This document shows positions 63,961-64,000 of a DNA stretch of 64,000 nucleotides, in pieces. The stretch is from Haliotis rufescens. Its lineage: Eukaryota. The notes under the pieces are model-generated. The model saw nothing but the letters and a program-made list of their open reading frames with translations, made no database searches and was not told where the DNA came from. A program made the position numbers and the translations under genes. The first letter of the stretch is position 1. Every line of letters begins with the position of its first letter. Location: the NCBI RefSeq assembly GCF_023055435.1, contig NW_025964001.1:14694001-14758000 (forward strand). The letters run 5' to 3'.

Positions 63961-64000
63961 AAACACTCCAACATTTATCATATGCAAGTATGTTGAAACT

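Overview
Eukaryotic genomic DNA; the SINE repertoire suggests a mollusc, possibly an abalone-like gastropod (inference). The - strand from 47157 to beyond position 1 carries EPRS (bifunctional glutamyl-prolyl-tRNA synthetase). I traced 28 GT-AG exons that splice in frame to 4101 nt (1367 codons): GST-like domain, GluRS, five WHEP repeats and the start of ProRS. The first coding exon of EGLN1/PHD2 (MYND finger plus start of the dioxygenase domain) lies on the + strand at 61797-62711, head-to-head with EPRS about 14.6 kb away. The most notable unexplained structure is a set of twelve ~130-nt box H/ACA snoRNA-like units in EPRS introns, all sense to the host. They form two related families plus one chimera, and ten of them sit in the single 9-kb intron within the WHEP linker. 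The rest is SINEs of at least five families (one with a 5S-like head), MITEs, LINE fragments, minisatellites (including a ~71-copy 30-bp array with decapeptide-coding signature) and a 210-nt assembly gap.
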